Positions 38,042-46,796 of a stretch of DNA of 64,000 bases are shown piece by piece; position 1 is the stretch's first letter; every line of letters starts with the position of its first letter. The position numbers and the translations under genes were made by a program. The notes below the pieces were generated by a model, which saw only the letters and a list, made by a program, of their open reading frames with translations, was not told the origin of the DNA and ran no database searches. The stretch comes from Eubacteriales bacterium (GTDB taxonomy: Bacteria; Bacillota; Clostridia; Oscillospirales; CAG-272), in contig JAZRFK010000066.1 in assembly GCA_045661325.1 (NCBI GenBank), positions 6,484 to 70,483 of the forward strand, written 5' to 3'.

Positions 38042-39214
38042 TCAGGCAACCACGCACATAGGCGCGATGCCCGCAGCTACGTTGGCGGCAATTTCGGAAA
38101 CCTCGCCCGTTTTCGTTACCACGCGGCACAAGCAAAGAGAATCCTCGTTTACCGAGCGTAAAAACCAAGCGGTCGGCACGCCGTTTTGGTACTTGATGCG
38201 CGCCTTATCCGCTTCGTTTGAGGCCGCGGTGTTATCCGAAAAATAGCGGTAATAGGCGTAGCTCTTGCCCTCGTTTTCCGCCGCCTCGTTATAGGGCTCG
38301 GCATAAATCTCGCTCTCGGAGGGCAAGAAGAAAAGGTCCTCGGTTGCGGTATAGCTGCCGCTGAAAAAAATATTGTTGTTTCGGCTCGCCTTTGGGGCAG
38401 GATACAGCACCGCCAGAAAATCCTCGTCGAGTCCGTACATAAAGCCGTTTACATCGTAGTTCCAGGAGGCGTAATGCTCGTGGGCGGTGGGAACGCCCTT
38501 AAAAATACTGCCCTTCGGGGCGTTGCTGTTGAGATAGGTGCGAACCAAGGAATAAGACCAATAGTTATAGCCGTAACGAATGCGCTCAGCAGAGGCAAGC
38601 TTGCTTGTGGGAAGAAGCGTTCCGCGTTCTCCCGCGTATACCGTCACCGTTTCAATGGGAGAGGTGGCAAAGGCAGAGGTGAAGGTGGAAAGAGGGGTGT
38701 TTAAGGCCGTTTTTCCAACAGTCCAGGGGAAGAACAGGTGGCCGCCCGCCGGCACGTCCTTTTCGAGAGTGAAATGGTAATACGCATCTGCGCCCTCCAA
38801 GACATCCGTGGTGGAAAGGGAGGCCTTTCCGTACAGATGAAAGCAATAGGTGCCTGCCGGCAGAGCCGAGGCGCAAAAGTACAGGGCGTGAGATAAGGCA
38901 AAGGGAAGAAGCGCGATGGGGTTATGCAGCTGCAACGTGAGCGAGTGCTTGGGCGATCCCTCGCCGCGCGTTATCTTCTCCTCGTCAAGACCGACAACGT
39001 CCCAAATCAGATTTTTTCCTTCCTTTTGGCAAATCAACTGATCGCCCACCGAAAGCATTTCCTTGGCAACGCCCGTTCGAACCAGCGCCTGCAAATTTGC
39101 CCAGGAGTCCAGTTCTATCGTTTCCTTTCGCGCCAAAATGCGTAAAAGCGCGTTTTGCGTGTCCATTTTTTCGGCAAAGGTACTGTCGGACAAAATGTTA
39201 ATAAAGGTTGACAT
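38042..39214 (-). CDS. Tail fibre / receptor-binding protein with a DUF6273-like C-terminal domain
   Basis: 390 aa. C-terminal 'TAWFLRSV...GEVSEIAANVAAGIAPMCVV' resembles the 'WWLRS...G..P' prophage fibre domain from memory. It precedes the XkdX-like ORF, as in PBSX-type tail ends. Confidence 0.5.
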   Translation of the reverse strand: MSTFINILSDSTFAEKMDTQNALLRILARKETIELDSWANLQALVRTGVAKEMLSVGDQLICQKEGKNLIWDVVGLDEEKITRGEGSPKHSLTLQLHNPIALLPFALSHALYFCASALPAGTYCFHLYGKASLSTTDVLEGADAYYHFTLEKDVPAGGHLFFPWTVGKTALNTPLSTFTSAFATSPIETVTVYAGERGTLLPTSKLASAERIRYGYNYWSYSLVRTYLNSNAPKGSIFKGVPTAHEHYASWNYDVNGFMYGLDEDFLAVLYPAPKASRNNNIFFSGSYTATEDLFFLPSESEIYAEPYNEAAENEGKSYAYYRYFSDNTAASNEADKARIKYQNGVPTAWFLRSVNEDSLCLCRVVTKTGEVSEIAANVAAGIAPMCVVA

Positions 39215-39236
39215 TTTAGTTTCCTTTCTGAATTTT

Positions 39237-40340
39237 TTAAGCCTTTTCGGTCAAAAGAATGCCGGGCATTCCGTCCTGCAAGGCGAGAGAATAGAGATAA
39301 ACGCGTCCCGTTTTTTCATCGGTCAGCGTGTGGGGCGGCAGAGCGGCAAGCTGCTCTTTCATGGCCTCCGTTTCTGCCTTTTTGGCAAAATCGGCAGAGG
39401 AAAGCCCCTTATGCAGCGTCAGACTGTTGCCAACGGCCGTAATCCCCGTAACAACGTCGCCCTTTCCCTCGGCGTGAATAATGGTGGTTTTCACAAGGTC
39501 GCCAACGCGGATATAAATGTGGTCGGCATTTTCCGAGGAAAGCGTTAGGTCGATATAGGCCTCTCCCACCTCATAGGTGGAAACGGGAACGCCCGCCACC
39601 TCGCAGGTGCAAAGCTTGCCGCTTTTAACCACCAGGTCGCGCGGAATATTGATGTCGACCGAGGCGGCAACGGGGGCGTAGCTTGCTTCCCCTGTCTCTC
39701 TTTCTCCTTCGCAGTATTCAAGGCGGTACACCTTGGCGTAATCGCTTGAAGGAACCTCGGCAATGCGAAAGCCGTGGGGAAGCGCGCTTCGTAAAGAAAG
39801 AATGGCCTCGCGGCTTTCCTTTTCAATGGCGTCGGCACGGGCGCTCTGTGCGGCGGTTGCTTCGGCTTGGGCCTTTTCCTGTGCCGTAAGGCGCGCAAGA
39901 AGGGCCTCCTTTCCCTCGCGAAGCGATGTCAGCGCCTCTTCGAAGGCCGTAAGCTCGGCCTTGCACGCCCCGAAAACCTCGGCAAGCGATCCCTCGCCGT
40001 CAAGGGAAAGATAGGTGGAAAAGCGCCCCGAGGTAACGTCGGCAAAAAGCTCGGCCAGGGAATGCCCCTCGGCAATGCCCGTGGCAACGAGGGCGGCAAG
40101 GGAGGCGCCCTTCTTTTCGTCCGTATAAAGCCCCAAGGCGTCGATTAAGGCATTGAAGCGCTCGGCAAGCAAAATCGGAAGCTTGTCGAAGGCGGCGCGC
40201 AGCTCCTTCGCGGAAAGCACCCGACCTCCGTAAAGGGAGGGGGAGGAGGGGCGCGTCGATAACGAGGAAACGGCGTTTTCTTCAATCTCTGTGTTTAAAA
40301 TTTTGGATATACTCATATACGTTAACGCCCTCGCCCCCAA
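39237..40340 (-). CDS. Fibre/needle-like structural protein with a central coiled-coil
   Basis: The Ala/Glu-rich central segment (LTAQEKAQAEATAAQSARADAIEKE) suggests a trimeric coiled-coil. The start is ambiguous: TTG 40340 lies 10 nt after AAGGAGG, while ATG 40316 has no SD. Confidence 0.45.
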   Translation of the reverse strand: MGARALTYMSISKILNTEIEENAVSSLSTRPSSPSLYGGRVLSAKELRAAFDKLPILLAERFNALIDALGLYTDEKKGASLAALVATGIAEGHSLAELFADVTSGRFSTYLSLDGEGSLAEVFGACKAELTAFEEALTSLREGKEALLARLTAQEKAQAEATAAQSARADAIEKESREAILSLRSALPHGFRIAEVPSSDYAKVYRLEYCEGERETGEASYAPVAASVDINIPRDLVVKSGKLCTCEVAGVPVSTYEVGEAYIDLTLSSENADHIYIRVGDLVKTTIIHAEGKGDVVTGITAVGNSLTLHKGLSSADFAKKAETEAMKEQLAALPPHTLTDEKTGRVYLYSLALQDGMPGILLTEKA

Positions 40341-40380
40341 AGGAGCGAGGGCCTCCTTTTTATTGGATTTTTTGCGCCCG

Positions 40381-43299
40381 TCAAAGCTTGCCTGCGGGGG
40401 TATAGCAGTAGGCGAGGCTGTAAATACCGAAGGGAGAACGGAAAACCTCCTCAAAGAAGGCAAGCTGTTTTTCGCACCAGCCACGCTCCTTTTCCCGAAT
40501 GGGAAGAGTTACAGCCGTGTCTGACGAAAAGGAAAAGGCAGAGAAGTCGGCGCCTTCAAAATCGGCCGCATCCGTGGCAGAGACGTCAACGGTATGCCAT
40601 GCGCGCTTGTCCGTGCGCGCCTCAACGGTGAGGCGGGTGGGGCCAAGAAGCTTTAAGCGCAGGGCAAGTGTGCCGGACAGGGTGTTTTTACGCAAGTGCG
40701 GCAGTCCGCCGTCATCCTTGGCCGTTGCACAGCCCACAGGATACCGATGGCCGTTAAAGGTGTAATAAAAGGAAGGAATACGACCCGCCTTTCCTTCTTC
40801 AAGCAGCTCGGCAAGATAGAACGCATCGCCGTTTTGGTATACGGGGAAAAGGCCCACCTCCCGATACGTGCCGTTCTCTTCGGCGTAAAGGGGCATATTG
40901 ACGATGCCCTCTTCGCTTTGTATCTCGCCGCCTTTTTGGGAGAGAGGACGGTATACCCCCTCCTTTAAGCAGTATAGAGAGCAGGGAAGCGTGCGGTAAA
41001 GGGCCTTTCCGCGTTTGTCGGTGTTGAAGCAGCCTAAGCTGCCGTTTTCCGTTGCAAAAAAGAGCGCGTTCTTGCCTGCGGCCAAAAGGGTTGCGGGGGA
41101 AAGAAAACCGCCCGTCCGTTCGCCGTCTGTATCCACAGCGTAGCGCACGCCCTGCTTTTCAACATAGTAAAGCAGCTCTCCCTCCTCGCCAAGAAGGGAA
41201 TAGACCGTACCCTCGGCCACCTCGCCGCCCTTTTCAAAGAGGCAAATATGGGCGGCCTCGGCGCCCTTGGGCAAGACCTCGGCGTAGCGATAAAGGGGCG
41301 CGTCATTTTCGAAATCGCCTATTCCCGACAGGAAATACCATTCATATTGCAGGTCGCCCGACGGATGACGGTAGGTTTCCCGACTGTCTGCCAAATACAG
41401 ATTTCCGTTTGCAAGAAGGAATAAATATCCCTCAAAAACGGCCATTTTGGCGCGCGAAAGATCCTCGCGACAAAGGCGAAGGTTGACAGAGCAAGAGCGA
41501 TTGGCAAGCGAGCGCTCCAAATTTACCGTCTGGCGCGAGACGGCCAAAAGGCCGCTTCCCGTCAGAAAAACGGGGTCATCCCGAAAGCTGACGGCCGCCC
41601 CCACGGCCCCAACGCCCGCAACGCCCGATTTGGCAGGATAAATGCGCGGTGCAAGGGCGCTCGTTGTGCTTTCGGCGGAGTGATAATAGATGCCGCTTTC
41701 CGAGGCGCCGTCCTCCTTGATAACCATTAAAACGTCTCCCGTGCCCAAGAGGGCGCGGTTGGGAACGGAGGAAAGTCCGTCGTTGAAATAGTTGAGGTTG
41801 CCGATGTAAAGGGGGTTGTTGTAGCCCGTTTCATCGGGCGCAGAGAAGAAAACGGTGTTGGGCAGACGGGGATTTCCCGTAAAGAAAATTCTCCCATCGT
41901 ATTCTCCCGTGGTGCGACAGCCGAGAACGGCCTCTCTGCCCGTCAAGGAAACACCGCCCTCGCCAAAGGCCTTGAAGCCGTCGGGCGTGGAAAAGAGGGT
42001 CGGGGAGGCAGAAAGGTGCAAGGTCAGTCTGCGGCCTGAAAGAATAGCGGGGTCGGAAACCAAAAGGCCAAGAGAGGAAACAAGCCCGTCCTTCAAAAGC
42101 GGAACGTAGCGCACGAAGGCACCGTCCAAAAGCGTACCCGATTCGGCAATTTTTTCGCTTCCCAGCCAAACCTCCCCAACAGAGAGGGAAGGGGTATACA
42201 CGGGGCAAATGAAAAGCGCCGTTTCCCGCGAAATCGGGGTTGATTCGAAATACACCGTCGTTTCCTCCGAAAACGCGGGGGAGTCCGCAAAGGAAATGCC
42301 GCGAAAGGCGGCTTCGGTGTAAGGAAAATATACGCTTGTCAGGTGATAGTCTCCCATAAAAGCCCCCTCGCCCACGGAAACGAGGCTTTCGCTGAGTGTC
42401 ACGGTGCTTAGAAAGGGACAAAAGGCAAAGGCGTGATTCCAGATGAAGCGCACGGAGCTTGGCAGGGTGATTTCGGAAAGGGATAAGCATCCTGCAAAGG
42501 CGTAGGCGCCGATTTCGGTAACGGTGTCGGGAATGGAAACGGAAACGAGGTTGGAAAGCCCCGAAAAGCCGTTTCCTGCAATGCCCGTGACGGTGTAGGT
42601 TTCCCCGTTGATTTCCGCAAAGCGCGGAATTTTGACGGCGGTGGGCGAAGCCATACTGCCGCCTGCCTTGACCGCACAGCAGCCGGGGGAGTTTGCCAGC
42701 GGAATAAAGACGAGATTGTCATAAGGCGCGGCCTTTTCCTCTTCCAAGGCCTCCGCACTTAATACCTCTCGTACCTCGTCTGTCAAAAGATTGCGCTGCT
42801 CGTAGTATTCTCCGTTGTAAAAGACGATAGGGGCATAGGGCAAATCGGCTTCATCGGGAAGCGCGCGGCAGATGCCCTTTTCGTCAATACGGTAAAGCCC
42901 TCCGCCAATCAGAAGATAGAAATACTCGCCCGACTGAAAGCCGCAGCCCTCCGCTTCGGGCAAAGCGGAGAAGATGGGCGAAAGCATAGATAAGGCGGCG
43001 GGTTGATGGCGCAGGGCGGTAGAAAAGCGAAAGAGTTGCTTGTCTGCGTGCACAAGCAGGTATTCCTCGCCCCCCGCCCTTTGCAAATAAATGCCATAGA
43101 TATGCTTGCCGAAGGAGGCAAGGATGCGATAGCCGGGAAAGGCCTCAACGGCAGGGCCATCGTCGCTTTGCCAGTCCTTCCACATATTTTTCAGGTTGGC
43201 AAAGCGCTCAAAGGACAAGGAAGTGTCATCCACCGAAAAATCAACGCCGCGAAAGCGAGAGACGCTTCGGGTATAAACGCGAGAGGAGCTGTTGTTCAT
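40381..43299 (-). CDS. 972-aa virion-module protein with an internal BspA-type leucine-rich-repeat segment (putative tail, adhesin or nozzle protein)
   Basis: 'IPDTVTEIGAYAFAGCLSLSEITLPSSVRFIWNHAFAFCPFLSTVTLSESLVSVGEGAF' is the LRR_5/BspA pattern. The rest looks beta-rich and I recognise no family. ATGA overlap with the upstream gene. Confidence 0.55.
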   Translation of the reverse strand: MNNSSSRVYTRSVSRFRGVDFSVDDTSLSFERFANLKNMWKDWQSDDGPAVEAFPGYRILASFGKHIYGIYLQRAGGEEYLLVHADKQLFRFSTALRHQPAALSMLSPIFSALPEAEGCGFQSGEYFYLLIGGGLYRIDEKGICRALPDEADLPYAPIVFYNGEYYEQRNLLTDEVREVLSAEALEEEKAAPYDNLVFIPLANSPGCCAVKAGGSMASPTAVKIPRFAEINGETYTVTGIAGNGFSGLSNLVSVSIPDTVTEIGAYAFAGCLSLSEITLPSSVRFIWNHAFAFCPFLSTVTLSESLVSVGEGAFMGDYHLTSVYFPYTEAAFRGISFADSPAFSEETTVYFESTPISRETALFICPVYTPSLSVGEVWLGSEKIAESGTLLDGAFVRYVPLLKDGLVSSLGLLVSDPAILSGRRLTLHLSASPTLFSTPDGFKAFGEGGVSLTGREAVLGCRTTGEYDGRIFFTGNPRLPNTVFFSAPDETGYNNPLYIGNLNYFNDGLSSVPNRALLGTGDVLMVIKEDGASESGIYYHSAESTTSALAPRIYPAKSGVAGVGAVGAAVSFRDDPVFLTGSGLLAVSRQTVNLERSLANRSCSVNLRLCREDLSRAKMAVFEGYLFLLANGNLYLADSRETYRHPSGDLQYEWYFLSGIGDFENDAPLYRYAEVLPKGAEAAHICLFEKGGEVAEGTVYSLLGEEGELLYYVEKQGVRYAVDTDGERTGGFLSPATLLAAGKNALFFATENGSLGCFNTDKRGKALYRTLPCSLYCLKEGVYRPLSQKGGEIQSEEGIVNMPLYAEENGTYREVGLFPVYQNGDAFYLAELLEEGKAGRIPSFYYTFNGHRYPVGCATAKDDGGLPHLRKNTLSGTLALRLKLLGPTRLTVEARTDKRAWHTVDVSATDAADFEGADFSAFSFSSDTAVTLPIREKERGWCEKQLAFFEEVFRSPFGIYSLAYCYTPAGKL

Positions 43300-43868
43300 A
43301 GGCTATCCCATCCGTTTCTGCTTTGATAGGAGGCCGCGGTATGCTCGCGCCGCTCGCGCTTCATTTCGGCAAGCTCCGAGCGGAAAAGCCCCAGATAGTG
43401 CGAGGCAAGCTCCGCCCTGTCATCTGCCCAGAGATACGAGGCAACAAGCAGCGGAAGCAGGTGCAGCGCCTCCGGCTGAATATCAAGCTCCTTATCCATA
43501 TTGTCGGCGTGAAGGCGCTTGGGACAGCGCAGATAGCGAATCTCCAAGCTGCCCTCGTGGCCCTTGGCAAGACGAACGCGGCTTCCCTCTAACAGAAAGT
43601 CGCGCCCCTCTTGCAGAAGGAGAGAGCCAAGACGCAGGGGCTGTTCGGGAAAAGAACGAAAGTCATCGCATAAGGCGCCGATGTCGTACTCGGTGTAGTA
43701 GGAATCGCCGTCAATGTGTTTGAGGGTGATTTTTTGTATCAAGGGGAAATGGCGGGAGATTTGCAAAAGAGAAAGGCTGGTAATCTGATAAAAATAGGGC
43801 TCGTTCTCGTCAAGGCTTTTGGAAAAGCCCATACGGGCGACTAAGGCCATCAGTTCTTTTCCTGTCAT
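43296..43868 (-). CDS. Hypothetical head-completion or adaptor-position protein (190 aa)
   Basis: Sits directly after the capsid gene and overlaps the 972-aa gene. The function is inferred from position only. Confidence 0.35.
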   Translation of the reverse strand: MTGKELMALVARMGFSKSLDENEPYFYQITSLSLLQISRHFPLIQKITLKHIDGDSYYTEYDIGALCDDFRSFPEQPLRLGSLLLQEGRDFLLEGSRVRLAKGHEGSLEIRYLRCPKRLHADNMDKELDIQPEALHLLPLLVASYLWADDRAELASHYLGLFRSELAEMKRERREHTAASYQSRNGWDSL

Positions 43869-43886
43869 AGCGTCTCCTTTTTTCTT

Positions 43887-44948
43887 TTAAAGCTTGGTGC
43901 TGTTTTCCACCTCGGAGGTGGAATCAACGGCCAAGAGAATGTGCTTGTAGGAGCCAAAGCCCACGCCAAAGCGGCATCTGCCGTTCCAGATGTAGTTGCC
44001 CGTGTGGTTGTCTACCCAGTTGGAGACGGTCAAGGGCACGCGGTTGAAGAACATATTGCCGCAAAGATTTTTGTTGGCTTCGGAGGACATAATCATCACG
44101 CGGTCATCCTCGGTCTGCCAGTCGGGCATCACAACAACGTTCCAGTTGCCGAATTGCAGGTTGATGTCGTTGTAGCCGTTGCCCAGAGCGCCCTCAGAGC
44201 CGCAAACCTTCTTGGCAATGGCCTCTGCGGCGGGACGGTTACCGGGAAGAATGATGGTGTCGGGGGTGTAGCCGAGAATTTCGCCGTTTTCGTCCTTCAT
44301 GTTGCGAAGCTTGGAGGCAAGCTCGTTCAGCGCCTCCTCAAAGGCGGCGGTGGAGTAGGCGCGCTCGCCTTCCTTACCGCTCTTGAAAATATCGCCGAAG
44401 AAATAGTTGCTCTGCAAGCCGGTGTTGTCACCGCCGCCCCACTTGTGCGCGGTATGGAACAGGGGCAGACCGTCAGGTGCGGTCAGGTCAAGGTTGGCTC
44501 TGGCAAAAACGCCCGAGTCCTTGGTGCCGTTAGCCAAGGCGTACTCACAAATCTTGTGCATCGTCTTGTAATAGGCACGGGTGAAGTTCTCCGCGCGGCG
44601 CTCGGCGTCGGCCGCAACGCCGGAGTTGGCGTCCTCCATCATCTGTGCAGTGGTGGTAAACTCCTTCATAAACTGGATGTGCTCGATGAACTTGCGATAG
44701 GTTTCGCGGATTTCATCGTTTTCGGCGCCTGCGCCCTCCTCGGTTGCGGCAAAAACGCCAAATTCGTTCTGGCCGACCACCGTTTCGCCAAAGCGCGTCG
44801 AGCGCTCCACGTTAAACAGCCAGTCGCAAATGCCGCCCCTTTTGGTTTGCAAGTCACTTTCGTGCTCGATTATCATTTTCAAGGGCGTTTCCAGCTTGCC
44901 GATTGCGGCGTTGTTCAAGCCGCTGTTTTCAGAATAGATGATTGACAT
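43887..44948 (-). CDS. Major capsid protein (probable HK97 fold)
   Basis: 353 aa, downstream of the scaffold-like protein, with a strong RBS. Size and position are canonical; no motif-level proof. Confidence 0.65.
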   Translation of the reverse strand: MSIIYSENSGLNNAAIGKLETPLKMIIEHESDLQTKRGGICDWLFNVERSTRFGETVVGQNEFGVFAATEEGAGAENDEIRETYRKFIEHIQFMKEFTTTAQMMEDANSGVAADAERRAENFTRAYYKTMHKICEYALANGTKDSGVFARANLDLTAPDGLPLFHTAHKWGGGDNTGLQSNYFFGDIFKSGKEGERAYSTAAFEEALNELASKLRNMKDENGEILGYTPDTIILPGNRPAAEAIAKKVCGSEGALGNGYNDINLQFGNWNVVVMPDWQTEDDRVMIMSSEANKNLCGNMFFNRVPLTVSNWVDNHTGNYIWNGRCRFGVGFGSYKHILLAVDSTSEVENSTKL

Positions 44949-44972
44949 TGTAAAATACCTTTCTTTTTTTAT

Positions 44973-45386
44973 TTACGCGCGGGGAAAACGGACGAGAACG
45001 GCGTCACCTGTCGCAAGCGCGCCGCGCTTGTCCATCAACACGGCGCCGTGAAGAGCGCCCGTTGCTTTAACGGAGGAAAGTGCCTTGCCGTCGGCAGAGA
45101 AGAGATATTCCTCTCCAAAGGACAGCGCGTTGGGGTCTTCGGCAGTCGGCACGGAAAAGACCATATCCTCGGTAATGCGATAGACAAGAGGAGAGAGGGT
45201 CTCTTCCTCGCTTGCCAGCGCAACGTATGCGGGCAAGGCGGATAAGGTGTCGGAGGCGGGAATGAGCGCGCCGTTCTCGTAGGCGTAGGCCAAGCCCTCC
45301 TCAACCCTCGTCTTCTCCTTGAGTGTAAGATGCTCAGGCTCGGGCACGTTAGGGCCGCGGCCAATGATTTTTATAAGCGTCAGCAT
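44973..45386 (-). CDS. Small head-module protein (decoration or auxiliary, 137 aa)
   Basis: ATG 45386 follows GAAAGGA. It lies between the scaffold and capsid genes. The track ORF to 45452 is over-extended. Confidence 0.4.
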   Translation of the reverse strand: MLTLIKIIGRGPNVPEPEHLTLKEKTRVEEGLAYAYENGALIPASDTLSALPAYVALASEEETLSPLVYRITEDMVFSVPTAEDPNALSFGEEYLFSADGKALSSVKATGALHGAVLMDKRGALATGDAVLVRFPRA

Positions 45387-45402
45387 ACAAAATCCTTTCG
45401 TT

Positions 45403-45894
45403 TTAATAGGAATAGGGGGATTTGACGCGGCGATAGAGCTTTTGTATTTCACCGTCGCTCAAATCCGAAAAAAGCTCTTTGGCGTGGCGCATATCCTCAC
45501 CCGACAGCGTTCCCGCAGGGGAAGCGGCACCCTTGCCGGCGCTGGGCAAAAGATGCGCCTTGCCGTTTTCCTTGGGAAAACGGGGGTTGGAGGCGGCCAA
45601 GGCCTCCGCAACGGAAAGGCCCATATCGCGCAAGGCGGCAAAGCGGCGCGCAAAGGGAAGCTGGCTCAGATGGGTCAAGGGGAGATAGGAGGCGTCAAGC
45701 CGCTTGATTTCTGCCAAATCCTCCTCGGCCAAACGGGCATAATCCCGTTCCTCTGCAATAGGGGCGCTCGGTGGCTCTTCCTCTGCCGAGGGAGTTTCTT
45801 CCGACTCGGTATCGAGCGCCTCCGTTTCCTCTTCCATGGGTGCTTCTTCGAGCACGGGGGTTGCTTCCTCTTCTAAAACGTGCAAGTCTTCCAT
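45403..45894 (-). CDS. Scaffolding-like protein
   Basis: 163 aa with a very acidic N-terminus (EEEATPVLEEAPMEEETEALDTESEE) and a helical C-terminus, located before the capsid gene. Confidence 0.5.
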   Translation of the reverse strand: MEDLHVLEEEATPVLEEAPMEEETEALDTESEETPSAEEEPPSAPIAEERDYARLAEEDLAEIKRLDASYLPLTHLSQLPFARRFAALRDMGLSVAEALAASNPRFPKENGKAHLLPSAGKGAASPAGTLSGEDMRHAKELFSDLSDGEIQKLYRRVKSPYSY

Positions 45895-45918
45895 ATCGTT
45901 TTCCTTTCTTCGCTTTTT

Positions 45919-46059
45919 TTATCTGCTCTTGCTTTTCGTTCGCAGGTCGTCGCCCTTCTGAACGGTCGCCTTAGGCTCCTTTTCGTTCTTGTGCGGGGCG
46001 GCAATGGGCTGCAAGCCGTTGCTTGCATAGGGGTTGACCCTCTTGATTTGCTTTTTCAT
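45919..46059 (-). CDS. Small basic protein (46 aa; below the ORF-track cutoff)
   Basis: Own translation: MKKQIKRVNPYASNGLQPIAAPHKNEKEPKATVQKGDDLRTKSKSR. RBS GAAAGGAA lies 7 nt upstream. Confidence 0.35.
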   Translation of the reverse strand: MKKQIKRVNPYASNGLQPIAAPHKNEKEPKATVQKGDDLRTKSKSR

Positions 46060-46091
46060 CGTGGGATTCCTTTCGTTTTACAATACTCGTT

Positions 46092-46796
46092 TTAAAAATA
46101 ATCGTCGGGATTGAAGGTTGCGTTCATGATGCTGTGGGCGGTCTTGGCAATTTCCTCGGCAAGCGCAGGGGAAAGCCCGTAGGAAATCGCGTAGTTATAG
46201 GCATCGGTATAGGACATATAGTTCTTCAAGACGGTGCTCAAAACCGCTTTTTTGGCGGAGGTGGAGTTTTTCACCATCGAGACGCTTTCCTTGGCCATAC
46301 GGGCGGCCGTTTCACCGTCAAGCCCGTTTTCCGTCAAAAAGGCCGCAGCACTTGCCTCATCCTCTACGTTTTGAGAAAGAAGAGAAAGAAACAGGCTCGT
46401 TCTTTTCTCGGAGCTTTCCTTGGCGGCCTTGGTCGCCTCGCTTCTCTCCTTATCGAGATAAGCGGCGTATGCCGTGCGGCTTTCTGCCTCGCCCTTTGCC
46501 CTTGCCTGCTTGGCATTTGCAACGGCTCTTTGTCTTTCGGTGTAGGCAAGGCCGTCCAAATAATCGCCGTAGCCGCTTCCCGTCAGACCGCGCTCTAAAA
46601 GAGCTTCGGCGCGTACACCGTGCGTGGCCTTGGCCTCGGCATAGGCCGTATCGGCCTGCTTCACGGCGGCCTTGTAGCTATCCTCGGTGTCTTTGCCGTA
46701 TTTGTCGAGCCAGCTTTCGTAGTCTTCAATTTTCTTGTTTTTTAAATACTGTTTGATAAAATCCTCAAGCGTTGCCATAAGTGTCCGTTTTTTCAC
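46092..46796 (-). CDS. Hypothetical head-module protein (possibly a minor head or ejection protein)
   Basis: 228-234 aa, Ala/Lys/Glu-rich. It overlaps the end of the portal gene. The start is ambiguous (GTG 46796 or ATG 46778). Confidence 0.45.
   Translation of the reverse strand: MKKRTLMATLEDFIKQYLKNKKIEDYESWLDKYGKDTEDSYKAAVKQADTAYAEAKATHGVRAEALLERGLTGSGYGDYLDGLAYTERQRAVANAKQARAKGEAESRTAYAAYLDKERSEATKAAKESSEKRTSLFLSLLSQNVEDEASAAAFLTENGLDGETAARMAKESVSMVKNSTSAKKAVLSTVLKNYMSYTDAYNYAISYGLSPALAEEIAKTAHSIMNATFNPDDYF

Noticed and set aside
38042-39214. Considered a diversity-generating retroelement acting on the fibre C-terminal domain.
   Set aside because: There is no reverse transcriptase ORF and no template-repeat copy of the fibre 3' end anywhere in the window.
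40316-40380. Hairpin GCCCTCGC/GCGAGGGC between an AAGGAGG SD and ATG 40316; considered as a structured SD-to-start bridge.
   Set aside because: An in-frame TTG at 40340, 10 nt after the SD, is the simpler explanation. The hairpin then lies inside the coding region.
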